A stretch of 41,160 nucleotides of DNA from Planctomycetota bacterium (GCA_038213805.1 JBBQSO010000045.1:1-41160); one strand, 5' to 3'. Positions 26,036-35,388 are shown, counted from the stretch's first letter. Program-made: numbers and translations. Notes: generated by a model from the letters alone, not told the origin.

Positions 26036-27874
26036 ATGTCCTGGATGATCCTCATCGCCGATAGGTACCCCATGAACAACGCCTCAGCCCTCAGCAGCGC
26101 TTCCGCCCGCCCCGCGGGCGCACCGGCCGCGGCGGTCAGCGCGAGCGGCTCGTCGCAGACCCATGAGACCACCTTCACCGCCGGGGTGCCGCTTTTCGCC
26201 ACCCCGCCGGTGCGGGCGGCTGGCCAGGACGCGGTCAGTGCCACCTCCCTCGCTGATCCGGCTTCCTTGCCGCCTGGGCTCGAGCGCATCGGCGGCATCC
26301 GCCTGCTGCGCCTGGTCGGCACCGGCGGCATGGGCCGCGTCTACCTCGGCCACCACGAGGCGCTCGATCTGGCGGTCGCGGTCAAGGTCATGAAGGATGG
26401 CGCCGGCGACCAGGCGCGCTTCGTCAACGAGGCGCGCCTCGCCGCGCGCATCCACGACGACCACATCGTGCGCATCCTGCACGCCGGCGAGGAGGGCGGG
26501 CGCGCCTTCCTGGTGCTCGAGTACGTCGCCGGGGTCAACCTCAAGCAGATGCTCGCCGAACAGGGGGGGCTGCCCTGGCGCACGGCGGTGGACATCACCC
26601 TGCAGGCGGCGCGCGGCCTGGCCGCGGCGCACCGCGCCGGGGTCATCCACCGCGACGTCAAGCCCTCGAACATCCTGGTCGCGCCGAACGGCGTGGCCAA
26701 GGTCACCGACCTCGGCCTGGCGCGCGAGGCCTTCATGGACAGCGGCGCGACCGAGACCGGCCACGTCCTGGGCACTCCCGCCTACATGGCGCCGGAGCAG
26801 GCGCGCGACTCGCGCCAGGCCGGGCCGCCCGCCGACGTCTACGCGCTCGGCGTATCGCTCTGGCACATGCTCGCCGGCGAGGTGCCGTTCAAGAAGTCGA
26901 GCCACACCAACGTGCTGTTCGCGCACCTGCACGAGAACGTGCCGGACATCCGCCTGCGCGTGCCGGAGCTGCCCGCGCTGCTCTGCGAGCTGATGCGCCG
27001 CATGCTCGCCAAGGACCCCGCCCGCCGCCCCGCCGACGGCGCCGCCGTGGTCGACGAGCTGCAGCGCATCCTCGGCCAGCCCGGCACCACCACCGTCCAG
27101 CGCAGCGGCACTTTGCGCCGGCCGCGCATTTCGCGCGCGCTGGGCGCGCGCATCGCCGCGGTGCTGTTGCTTGGCGTGGTCGTCAGCAGCGGCTTCTGGG
27201 CCGGACACGGCAGCGCCGCCCCGGCGCTGCCGGTCAGTGAGGGCGCGCCGCCCGCCAACCCGCCGGTCCCGGTCGCCGGCGACGCCTGGCATACGCCGAC
27301 GCGCGCGGTCTGCCTGGTCGGTGACCAGCTCGGGCCCGTGACCGAGACCGCCATCCTGCAGGCGCTCGCCGCCAGCGGGCTGCCCGTCGTCGAGCGCGAG
27401 CGCGTCGCGACCATCACCGGCGAACAGCACCTGGTGCGCGACGGCCACGTCGACCAGTCCAGCGCCGAGCGCATCGGGCGCATGGTCGGCGCGCACATCG
27501 TGGTCTTCGCCAGCGAACGTGACGGCAAGGTCAGCCTGCGCACCGACCTGCTCGAGACCGCGACCATCGTCGACATCCAGCTCGCCACGCCCGATACCGT
27601 CGGCGCCCGGCTCGACGGCGCGCTGCGCAAGGCGGTCGCCGCGCTGCCCGTGCAGGGCGCGAGCGTGGGCACCGCCGTCGACGTTGGCGCGCGTCACGGT
27701 CTGCGCCCGGGCGACCGCGTCGAACTGCTCGAGGGCACGCCCGCCGCCCCCGGTCGCGTCATCGCCACCGCCGAGGTGGTGACGGTCGAGGCCGCCCATG
27801 CGGTGATCCGCGCCAGCCAGGAGCTGCCCGCAGGGTCGCCGCTGCTGGTGCGGCGCCCCGACATAGCGCCCTGA
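26036..27874 (+). CDS. Transmembrane Ser/Thr protein kinase with C-terminal CsgG/FlgT-like domains
   Basis: Kinase motifs GTGGMGRV, VAVK, HRDVKPSN, DLG, GTPAYMAPE and DVYALG. TM IAAVLLLGVVVSSGFWA. Then LPVVERERVATITGEQHL..SAERIGRMVGAHIVV and VDVGARHGLRPGDRVEL. Start may be 26072. Confidence 0.9.
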   Translation: MSWMILIADRYPMNNASALSSASARPAGAPAAAVSASGSSQTHETTFTAGVPLFATPPVRAAGQDAVSATSLADPASLPPGLERIGGIRLLRLVGTGGMGRVYLGHHEALDLAVAVKVMKDGAGDQARFVNEARLAARIHDDHIVRILHAGEEGGRAFLVLEYVAGVNLKQMLAEQGGLPWRTAVDITLQAARGLAAAHRAGVIHRDVKPSNILVAPNGVAKVTDLGLAREAFMDSGATETGHVLGTPAYMAPEQARDSRQAGPPADVYALGVSLWHMLAGEVPFKKSSHTNVLFAHLHENVPDIRLRVPELPALLCELMRRMLAKDPARRPADGAAVVDELQRILGQPGTTTVQRSGTLRRPRISRALGARIAAVLLLGVVVSSGFWAGHGSAAPALPVSEGAPPANPPVPVAGDAWHTPTRAVCLVGDQLGPVTETAILQALAASGLPVVERERVATITGEQHLVRDGHVDQSSAERIGRMVGAHIVVFASERDGKVSLRTDLLETATIVDIQLATPDTVGARLDGALRKAVAALPVQGASVGTAVDVGARHGLRPGDRVELLEGTPAAPGRVIATAEVVTVEAAHAVIRASQELPAGSPLLVRRPDIAP

Positions 27875-27886
27875 GAGGCCCGACCG

Positions 27887-29593
27887 ATGCCCGCCACCCG
27901 CCCGTCACTCGCCGTCCCGGGCGCCCTGCTCATCCTCCTCGGAAGCACCTGGCTGACGGTCGGCTGCGCGGCGCGTGGAGCCACCCCGACCAAGGGCGAG
28001 GTCGGCACCACCGAGCCCTTCCACGACCGCTGGTGGCAGTACTACGAGCGCGGCGTGGCGTGGGCCGGGATCGGCCGCCTTGGCGAGGCGGAGACCGACC
28101 TGCGTGTGTGCCTCGACCTGCGCCAGACCGATCGCCGCCGCGCGCGCACCTACGGCATGCACTTCGTGCAGTGCTTCGCGCACCGGGAACTGGGCGCCGT
28201 GCTGCTCAAGCAGGGCAAGCTCGATGAGGCCGAGCGCGAGCTGCGCCTGAGTCTCGCGCAGGAGCCGAGCGCCAAGGCCGAATATCTCCTTCAGCGCCTC
28301 GCCGAGCAGCGTCAGGGTGTGGCCGCGCGGCCCGCCCATTTGCCGCTGGTGCAGGGTTCGGTGGCGCTGCCCGTGGTCGCAGAGCCCGCTGCTGGGGCCC
28401 CGCCCGCTGGCCAGCGCGAATCCGTGGTGCTTGAGTCGGTCGAGCCGGCGGCTGCCGGCTTCGCCATCAGCGGCCACCTTCAGCCCGCCGATGCCTGGTT
28501 GTGGATGCTGCCCGCCGCGGGCGCGCCGCAGCAGCTGGTCCTCGCCGCAGACGGCGCCTTCACCGCCACCGTGCCGGCGGGTGCAGCGCTCGCGCGCGGC
28601 GACGCCAGCGGACCGGATGCGGCGGCGGCGAGCCTGCCGGTGGTCGCGGCCAGCGCCGGCTCGCTGGTCATCGATGGTCCGGATCAGCAGCGCATCGTCC
28701 ACGGCCCGCGCGCCTATTACCGCTACAAGGTCGCCGCCAGCGGTGGCGTGCGCGAGCTGGTGGTGCGCGACGCCGCGGGCCACGAACGCGGCCGCCAGCC
28801 GCTTGCCGGCACCCATGCCGCGGGCACCTTCCCGGTCGCCATCGAGAATGGCGCGCAAGCGCTGACCTTCCGCCTGAGCGGCCCCGGGGGACTGCTGGGT
28901 GAGGCCACCGTCGCGGTCAGCGGCGAGGCCACCCCGCTGCAGGACCGCCATCTGCGCGCGACCGCGCTGGTCATCCCGCTGCAGAGCCCGCATCCGGCCG
29001 CGCTGCGCGTCGAGGACGACACCCGCCTGGTCGGCGCGCTGCTCGCCGATGGCCGCTTCCAGCTCCAGGATCCCGGCGCGGACGCGTTGCTCGCCCGCGA
29101 GCTCGCCTTGGTCGAGGCCGGCTACGTCGACCGCGCCACCGCCGCCGCCGCCGGCCGGCGCCTGGCCACGCGCTACGTCCTGGCCGGGACCCTGACGCGC
29201 AGCCCGGGCGCGCAGCGCGGCGACGTCGAGTGCTATCTGCGCCTGATCTCCTGCGACACCGGCGCCGTGCTGCGCACCGCCGATGCCTTTGCCGAAGACC
29301 TGCCCGTCGCGCGCGACGACGAGTTCTTCGCCAGCGTCGCCGGTCTGTTGCGCCAGGAATTCCCGGTGGTCGAGGGTCGCGTGGTGCAGCGCGAGGCCGG
29401 CCTGGGCCTGGACGTCGGCGCGCGCGCCGGCGTGGTCAAGAGCATGCGCTTCCACATCCTGCCCGCCGCCGGCGCCGACCACCAGGCGCCGCTCACCGTC
29501 GTCGAGATCCAGGACGTCGAGGCCGAACGCGCCCGCACCCTGCCCGTGGCCGGCGGCGCACTGACGCCGGGGGCGACGGCGATCAGCGAATAG
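27887..29593 (+). CDS. Putative lipoprotein with TPR repeats and C-terminal CsgG/FlgT-like domains
   Basis: Lipobox-like LTVG-C. TPR-like YYERGVAWAGIGRLGEAETDLRVCL and AHRELGAVLLKQGKLDEAERELRLSL. LLARELALVEAGYVDRATAAAAGRRLATRYVLAGTL and LDVGARAGVVKSMRFHI. Confidence 0.75.
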   Translation: MPATRPSLAVPGALLILLGSTWLTVGCAARGATPTKGEVGTTEPFHDRWWQYYERGVAWAGIGRLGEAETDLRVCLDLRQTDRRRARTYGMHFVQCFAHRELGAVLLKQGKLDEAERELRLSLAQEPSAKAEYLLQRLAEQRQGVAARPAHLPLVQGSVALPVVAEPAAGAPPAGQRESVVLESVEPAAAGFAISGHLQPADAWLWMLPAAGAPQQLVLAADGAFTATVPAGAALARGDASGPDAAAASLPVVAASAGSLVIDGPDQQRIVHGPRAYYRYKVAASGGVRELVVRDAAGHERGRQPLAGTHAAGTFPVAIENGAQALTFRLSGPGGLLGEATVAVSGEATPLQDRHLRATALVIPLQSPHPAALRVEDDTRLVGALLADGRFQLQDPGADALLARELALVEAGYVDRATAAAAGRRLATRYVLAGTLTRSPGAQRGDVECYLRLISCDTGAVLRTADAFAEDLPVARDDEFFASVAGLLRQEFPVVEGRVVQREAGLGLDVGARAGVVKSMRFHILPAAGADHQAPLTVVEIQDVEAERARTLPVAGGALTPGATAISE

Positions 29594-29693
29594 GCGGGCG
29601 CTGCGCGCCAGGCGCGCGGCGCGAGGCGTGAGAAATAGCGGTGCAACGCAGCACGGGGAATCGCTTGGGAGGGGCGCGCGCACTGGGCGCGGA

Positions 29694-29710
29694 CTCGAGT
29701 CTCGAGTCTC
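29694..29710. repeat. Short heptamer tandem (CTCGAGT) between convergent genes
   Basis: CTCGAGT CTCGAGT CTC read directly. Confidence 0.4.
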
Positions 29711-29716
29711 AGGCTT

Positions 29717-32557
29717 TCACTTCCCGGTCTTCAGCTGCCCCGCGTCATATTTCTTCCAGAACTCCGCCGCCGGCAGATCGTTGATGGTCCCGAGCGTGGC
29801 GAGCGCGCGCAGTCCCTCCATGCCCGTCTGGATGCGTTCCGGATTGAGGTCGAGCTTGCGCAGCGGCAGCTTGGCGAGCGCGCTGACGTCGGTGACCAGC
29901 GGGCAGTCGGTGATGCCGAGCACCTCAAGCGGCTGGCCGGCGAGCACCGCGAGGTCGCTGAAGCGCGCGCAGCCGGTCATGGTCAGGTCGCGCAGGTGCA
30001 GGCCGGCGAGCGGCCGGAAGTCCGCGACCTGGGCGAGTTTGACCAGGTGCAGGCCGTAGAGCTGGCTCATGCCGCTGAGCGCCGCGAGGTCGGCGATGGC
30101 CGGGCAGCGGTCGAGGTTGAGGACCTTGAGCGGCATGCCGGCGAGCGGTGCGATGCTGCGCAGCAGCGCGCAGTCGGCGGCGCCGAGGTAGCCGAGCGGC
30201 ATGCCGGTGAGCGGTGCCAGGTCGGAGATCCCGCTGCAGCCGGTGATCTCGAGGTAGGTCAGGTGCTTGCTCGCCAGCGGCGCGAGGCTGGTCACCCGCG
30301 TGCTGCCGAGCGAGAGCATCTCCAGCGGCATGTCGCGGCACAGCGCGAGCTGGTCGAACTGCGGGCAGGCGAGCAGGTGCAGCTCGTGCAGCGGCATGTC
30401 GGCGAGGACTTTGAAGTCGGTGACCTTGGGCAGCAGGCGCAGGTTCGCGCGCGTGAGGCGGGCGTGGGCGAGCGGGCCGAGGTCGGCGACGCGGGGGCAG
30501 TCCTGCAGGTCGAACTGGGTCAGGGGCATGCCCGCCAGCGGGGCAAGATCCTGCAGCTGAGGGCAGCCGCTGATCGCGAGCTCTGCGAGCGGCAGGCCGC
30601 GCAGCGGGGCGAGGTCGGCGACGGCGTCCTTGAGCGGCCCGGTCTCGAAGTGGAATCGTCCGTTGGCGACGCTCTTCAGACGCGCGCCGGCGCCCGGCCA
30701 GGCGCGCTCGAGGGTCTTACGATAAAGCGCCTCCTGCTCGGGTGCGGACTTGACCAGGCCCTGGGCCAGGCGCGTCGCGCCGAGCGCGCCGAGCGCGGTG
30801 GCGAGGTCGTCATCGAGCGCGGTCGAGGCACCGCGCTTCTGCCCCTGGCGGCACAGTCCGAGCAGGGCCGCCACGCCCGGCGTGGTGCTGCCCGCTTGGG
30901 TGACGCGGTCGAGCTCCTCGGCGGCGCCGGCGAAATCGTGGCCGGCCGCGAGCAGCTCACCGCGCAGCAGGTGGGCCTCCTGGTGCTCGCCGTCGAAGCG
31001 CAGCGCCGCCTCGATCGTCTTGAGCGCCTCCGCAGCCTGGCCGCTGTCGATCTGCAGATGCGCCTGCGCGACCAGAGCGGGGCCGGCGAGCTGCTCGGCG
31101 GCCTTGCGCCCGTGCTGCTCGGCGGTGACCGCGTTCAGCGCCTCCTCGGCGCGCCGGCGCTCAAGCTTCTCCTGGTGCAGGGCCTGGGTGGTGACGACCA
31201 CGAACAGCACGCTGAGCACCAGGATGACGGGGCCCAACACACCGATGGCGAGGCTTGCGGCGCGATTGCGGCGCATCAGCTTGCGCAGCGTCTCCCACGC
31301 CGAGTCGACCTTGGCCGAGACGCTGCGGCCGTCGAGGTAGAGCTCGAGGTCCCGGCGGAAGTCCTCGACCCACTGGTAGCGGCGAAATTGCGAGTGGTTC
31401 AGGGCCTTGAGCGCAATCGCCGAGAGTTCGGGCGGGATGGTGCGGGCGGGGGCGCGCATCTCCGGCGCGTCGATTTGACCCGCCTTGGCGGCCTCGATGA
31501 GGTCCTTGGCGTTCTTCCCACGCACCGGCGCGCTCAGCGTCAGGCTCTCGTAGAGCAGCGCGCCGAGCGCGTAGACGTCGCTGCGCCGGTCGATGCGCGC
31601 GGTGTCGCCGCGCGCCTGCTCCGGGGCCATGTAGGCGGGGGTGCCGGCGACTTGCCCGACGCGGGTGTCGGCGAGGCCGCCACCGCGGCTGCTGGTCACC
31701 AGCGAATCGTCGCCGATCTGGGCGTGCAGGTCGTCGCCCGGTGGGGTCTGGCGGCGGGCGATGCGCTGGGTGCCGTGCTTGGAGACGATGCGCGTGGTGC
31801 CATCGCCGGCGGTGCGCGGGTCGAGGGGCGGTTCGTCGTCGACCGTGCGTGCGACGGAGATGCCCTCGCCGTCGGCGCCGCCCGCGGTTGGCCGCTTGAC
31901 CGCGATCTTGGCCAGGCCCCAATCCATGACCAGGACCTCGCCGAAGCGTCCGACCATGATGTTGGCGGGTTTCAGATCACGGTGCAGCACGCCCTTGTGG
32001 TGGGCGAAGGCGATGGCGTTGGCGACGTCGACCAGGATGCGCACCAGGCGTGGCAGGACGAACTCCTTGAGGGCCTCGGGGTCGCCGTCGCGCAGCTGGC
32101 GGAAGATCTGCGCCAGGCTGCGGCCCTTGACCAGCTTCATGGTGAAATAGGGGCGCCCGTCGTGGTCGACACCCATCTCGTGCACCGGCACGATCCCAGG
32201 GTGTTCGAGCTGGCCGGTGACCTGCGCCTCTTCGACGAAACGTGCGCGCATCTGGCGGTCATCGCCGAGCATGACCTTCATGGCCACGTGCCGGCGCAGG
32301 TCGTTGTCCTGGACCTTGAGGATCGCGCCCATGCCGCCGCGGGCGATCTCGCCCAGCTTCTCATACTGGTGCGGAGAACTGCTGCGCCCCGTGACCGCAG
32401 CGGTCTCGACGTGCGGATAGGTGGTGGCCTCACCGGCCGATTTGGCGGTCCGGCGCGCCAGCGGCTCGGTGGCGGGAGCGCCGCTCTCCGGCTGCGGATC
32501 GCCGTCGTCCGATGCCGGTCGTTGGGCTTTTGGCGAAGGCTCCATGCGGAGGACCAT
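29717..32557 (-). CDS. Transmembrane Ser/Thr kinase with TPR and ~12 leucine-rich repeats
   Basis: Kinase motifs ARGGMGAI, VAMK, HRDLKPAN, DWG, GTPAYMAPE and DVYALG. TM ASLAIGVLGPVILVLSVLFVVV. TPR-like EALKTIEAALRFDGEHQEAHLLRGELL. 22-aa repeats DLAPLAGMPLxxLxLxxCxxxx. Start 32557 or 32545. Confidence 0.9.
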   Translation of the reverse strand: MVLRMEPSPKAQRPASDDGDPQPESGAPATEPLARRTAKSAGEATTYPHVETAAVTGRSSSPHQYEKLGEIARGGMGAILKVQDNDLRRHVAMKVMLGDDRQMRARFVEEAQVTGQLEHPGIVPVHEMGVDHDGRPYFTMKLVKGRSLAQIFRQLRDGDPEALKEFVLPRLVRILVDVANAIAFAHHKGVLHRDLKPANIMVGRFGEVLVMDWGLAKIAVKRPTAGGADGEGISVARTVDDEPPLDPRTAGDGTTRIVSKHGTQRIARRQTPPGDDLHAQIGDDSLVTSSRGGGLADTRVGQVAGTPAYMAPEQARGDTARIDRRSDVYALGALLYESLTLSAPVRGKNAKDLIEAAKAGQIDAPEMRAPARTIPPELSAIALKALNHSQFRRYQWVEDFRRDLELYLDGRSVSAKVDSAWETLRKLMRRNRAASLAIGVLGPVILVLSVLFVVVTTQALHQEKLERRRAEEALNAVTAEQHGRKAAEQLAGPALVAQAHLQIDSGQAAEALKTIEAALRFDGEHQEAHLLRGELLAAGHDFAGAAEELDRVTQAGSTTPGVAALLGLCRQGQKRGASTALDDDLATALGALGATRLAQGLVKSAPEQEALYRKTLERAWPGAGARLKSVANGRFHFETGPLKDAVADLAPLRGLPLAELAISGCPQLQDLAPLAGMPLTQFDLQDCPRVADLGPLAHARLTRANLRLLPKVTDFKVLADMPLHELHLLACPQFDQLALCRDMPLEMLSLGSTRVTSLAPLASKHLTYLEITGCSGISDLAPLTGMPLGYLGAADCALLRSIAPLAGMPLKVLNLDRCPAIADLAALSGMSQLYGLHLVKLAQVADFRPLAGLHLRDLTMTGCARFSDLAVLAGQPLEVLGITDCPLVTDVSALAKLPLRKLDLNPERIQTGMEGLRALATLGTINDLPAAEFWKKYDAGQLKTGK

Positions 32558-32615
32558 GGACGCTCGAAGCCTCAGCACAAGAGCGGGTTGTAGATCCTCG
32601 CCAGAGGTGAGCGCC

Positions 32616-34157
32616 TCAGCCCGCGTCGGCGGCGTCGCCCGTCGCGCGCCGCAGCAGACGGTTCGGGACGTAGCTCCAGAACGAGGTGCGGCGGCGGATG
32701 ATCCTGCCTTCGCTCTCGCCGCGCGCACCGGCGCGTGCGACCGTCCCGGCCACCTCGCCCTGGGGCAGGCTGGCGATCAGGTCGCCGAGCAGTTCGAGCA
32801 GTTCGGCGTGCGACTGGATGCGGTTGGAGGGGTCGCGGGCCATCATCGACATGATCAGCTGCGACAGGCGGCGTTCGACCCCCGGATGGACCAGGTGGGG
32901 CGGAATGGGTGCCTCGCTCAGGCGCTTGACCATGAGCTGGATGGGATCGGGGTCGGCGAATGGGGTGCGACCGGTGACGGCATGGTAGATGGTCGCACCC
33001 AGGGCATAGATGTCGCTGCGCTGGTCGGCGGCGACGCGGCCACCTTCGACCTGCTCGGGGGCGATGTAGGAGGGCGTGCCGGCGACCCGACCGTGCTGGA
33101 AGAGCCCGTCGAAGCCCTGCTCGGCGGTGGTCGCCGCCGCAGATGCGCGTTTGGCCGCCAGCGTGCTCTTGGCCAGGCCGAAGTCGGCGATCTTCACCTG
33201 TTCGTCGCTGGTGGTCAGGATGTTCGAGGGCTTGATGTCGCCGTGCACCAGGCCCACCGTCTCGTGGGCGTAGGCCAGAGCCTCGGCGACCTGGAAGAAC
33301 AGCGGCAGGGCAAGTTCGCTGGGCAGGCGCTGGTGACGCTCGATGAGCGCGGCCAGCGAGGGCCCGTCGGCCAGCTCCATGACCAGGTGCGGGAAATCCC
33401 CCTCGTCGTTGAAGTCGAAGATGCGCAGGATCGCCGGATGGTTGAGGCGGGCGAGCAGGCGCGCCTCGTTGGCGGTCATCAGGCGATGCGATTCGTCGCC
33501 GAAGCTGGGCATCAGCACCTTGACCACCACGTCGATGCCCAGGGTGGCGTGTTCGGCACGGTAGACCACGGCGCTGCCGCCGCGGCCCAGCTCGCCGCGC
33601 AGGGTGCAACGCCCGAGCACGGTGCCCGGTTCGGGTGGTGCGAAGATGCGCACCGCCTGGGTGGCGTCGCTGTCGGGGGCGTGGCGGCGGGTGGTGGCGT
33701 GGTCGCCCTTGCGGGCGCGCATGCGCGCGCTGGTGCCGTTGCGCTTGCCGTGCTGCGTGGCCGGCTCGGCCGGCTTGCCGGCCTGCCACAGGCGCTCCGG
33801 CGGGTATTCGGCGAGCATGCGCTCGACCGCGTCGAGGATCGACGCGGTATCCTTGCTGATGTTGTTGCCGGGTTCCTCTGCGCTGGCGACCGCGGCCGGC
33901 GCGAGTTCGAAGCGGAACTCGGCCTGGCCGATGACGATCAGACGGGCCAGCGCCGGCGGGCCGGTGATGGCATCGAAGGCGGCGGCGCGGACCGCGCCCA
34001 ACGCGAAGCGCACCGTGCCGGTGTGGCCGCGGCCGGACAGGTGCAGGGTCCCGGTGACGCAGGTGCGGTGCAGCATGCGCACCAGTTCCAGGACCTCGCG
34101 TCCAGAAACGGTGCCGTGGAAGCGGTCATCGTTCGGCTGAAAGGGAGGGGAGTCCAT
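32616..34157 (-). CDS. Cytoplasmic Ser/Thr kinase with N-terminal DUF4388 (PatA-N-like) domain
   Basis: N-terminal FHGTVSGREVLELVRMLHRTCVTGTLHL..GTVRFALGAVRAA..GPPALARL..AEFRFE. Kinase GRGGSAVV, VVVK, HGDIKPSN, DFG, GTPSYIAPE and DIYALG. No TM segment. Confidence 0.88.
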   Translation of the reverse strand: MDSPPFQPNDDRFHGTVSGREVLELVRMLHRTCVTGTLHLSGRGHTGTVRFALGAVRAAAFDAITGPPALARLIVIGQAEFRFELAPAAVASAEEPGNNISKDTASILDAVERMLAEYPPERLWQAGKPAEPATQHGKRNGTSARMRARKGDHATTRRHAPDSDATQAVRIFAPPEPGTVLGRCTLRGELGRGGSAVVYRAEHATLGIDVVVKVLMPSFGDESHRLMTANEARLLARLNHPAILRIFDFNDEGDFPHLVMELADGPSLAALIERHQRLPSELALPLFFQVAEALAYAHETVGLVHGDIKPSNILTTSDEQVKIADFGLAKSTLAAKRASAAATTAEQGFDGLFQHGRVAGTPSYIAPEQVEGGRVAADQRSDIYALGATIYHAVTGRTPFADPDPIQLMVKRLSEAPIPPHLVHPGVERRLSQLIMSMMARDPSNRIQSHAELLELLGDLIASLPQGEVAGTVARAGARGESEGRIIRRRTSFWSYVPNRLLRRATGDAADAG

Positions 34158-34362
34158 CGGAAGGTATCGCTGGTCTGGAGTTTAGACCGGGATCGGCTGT
34201 CGCACCACTGGTAATCCGACGGCTGGGGTGTCGGCCCGTGCAACCTTCACGCGCTGCGAACGGTTGGCAGGTGGCCCGGGGCCGGCAGGTGAGGGGGTCG
34301 CCACCCCCGGGCGGGGCCCGCCGACCCATTCCCAAGGCGTGCCGGGCCGGCACGGTGGCGAC

Positions 34363-34797
34363 ATGCCCGTCGTGACCATCCGCGTGCGCTCTGCCGCTGC
34401 CCCCGACCAACTCGCCTGGCTGGCCATGCGCGTGAGCCGCCGCGAGGACCACCACATCCACTTCCAGGCCGAGGTCGCCACCGCCCTGGCCAAGGACGCG
34501 GTCAGCTTCCTGGCGCCGCTGACCCCGGCCCAGGCCCAGGTGGTCAAGTCCGAGATCACCGGCGGCATCCTCATGGCGCGCAAGCAGGCGGGCAAGGTCG
34601 GCTTCGTCGCCGAACTGCTCTCGCTCGGCGGCAGCGTCGGCGACGAGCGCACTGTGGCGGCGCTGCCGTCGGTGGCCTTCGCGGTGGCCGCGACCCTGGC
34701 GGTGGTCCAGGGGCTGGGGATCGAAGATTTGCGCACCGCGCCGCGCGGCGGCTTCCAGTGGAAACTGGATGCGGTGGAGGTGGTGGAGGAAGCCTAG
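34363..34797 (+). CDS. Hypothetical protein, possibly ribosomal S5-domain-2-like / EF-G domain IV-like fold
   Basis: 144 aa from ATG 34363 with strong GC3 codon bias. C-terminal half GGILMARK..GFVAELLSLGGSVGDE..SVAFAVAATLAVVQGL resembles EF-G domain IV by eye. Confidence 0.65.
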   Translation: MPVVTIRVRSAAAPDQLAWLAMRVSRREDHHIHFQAEVATALAKDAVSFLAPLTPAQAQVVKSEITGGILMARKQAGKVGFVAELLSLGGSVGDERTVAALPSVAFAVAATLAVVQGLGIEDLRTAPRGGFQWKLDAVEVVEEA

Positions 34798-34813
34798 TCC
34801 GCGCTCGTGCTCG

Positions 34814-34848
34814 TCAGCTGTCAGCCATCAGCCATCAGCCATCAGCTT
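34814..34848. repeat. Heptamer tandem repeat (TCAGCCA-type) x5 between convergent genes
   Basis: TCAGCTG TCAGCCA TCAGCCA TCAGCCA TCAGCTT. Confidence 0.8.
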
Positions 34849-34856
34849 AGCCCTCT

Positions 34857-35384
34857 TCACGCGCCGTGGCACTTTTTGAATTTCTTGCCGCTGCCGCAGT
34901 GGCACGGGTCGTTGCGGCCAAGCGCGGGTTCGCTCTTCACGAACGGCTTCTGCGTCGGGGTCTGGCCGTCGACGTAGTGCCAGCGGCCCTCGACGCGGCT
35001 GAATTCGCTGCGCTCGCGGTGCGCGTGGTCGGCGCCGTTGAGGTGGAAGCGGGCGATGAACTCGACCATGCCGGTCTGGTCGTCGACGCCGCCGGCCTCG
35101 GTGGCGACCACCTCCAGGCCCTGCCACTGCGACTTGGTCGCCCAGGCGACCGCGGCCTCGCGGTTGAATTCGCCGCGCCGCGACGGGTGGTCAGTGGCGG
35201 CGATGTAGTCGATCTGGTTGAGCACGTAGGCGCTGTAGCGCGAGCGCATCAGCGCCTCGGCGGTCGGCGCCGGCGCGGTGCCGCGCAGGTAGGGCGCGCA
35301 ACAGGCGGCGAAGGTCTTGCCGCTGGTGCAGGCGCAGGGCGCGCTGTCGTCCAGCGTGATGACGGGGGAGGTGCTGGTATTCAT
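34857..35384 (-). CDS. ychJ: YchJ-family SEC-C motif protein
   Basis: [50 protein letters not shown] and C-terminal [19 protein letters not shown]. Confidence 0.93.
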   Translation of the reverse strand: MNTSTSPVITLDDSAPCACTSGKTFAACCAPYLRGTAPAPTAEALMRSRYSAYVLNQIDYIAATDHPSRRGEFNREAAVAWATKSQWQGLEVVATEAGGVDDQTGMVEFIARFHLNGADHAHRERSEFSRVEGRWHYVDGQTPTQKPFVKSEPALGRNDPCHCGSGKKFKKCHGA

Positions 35385-35388
35385 GCGG

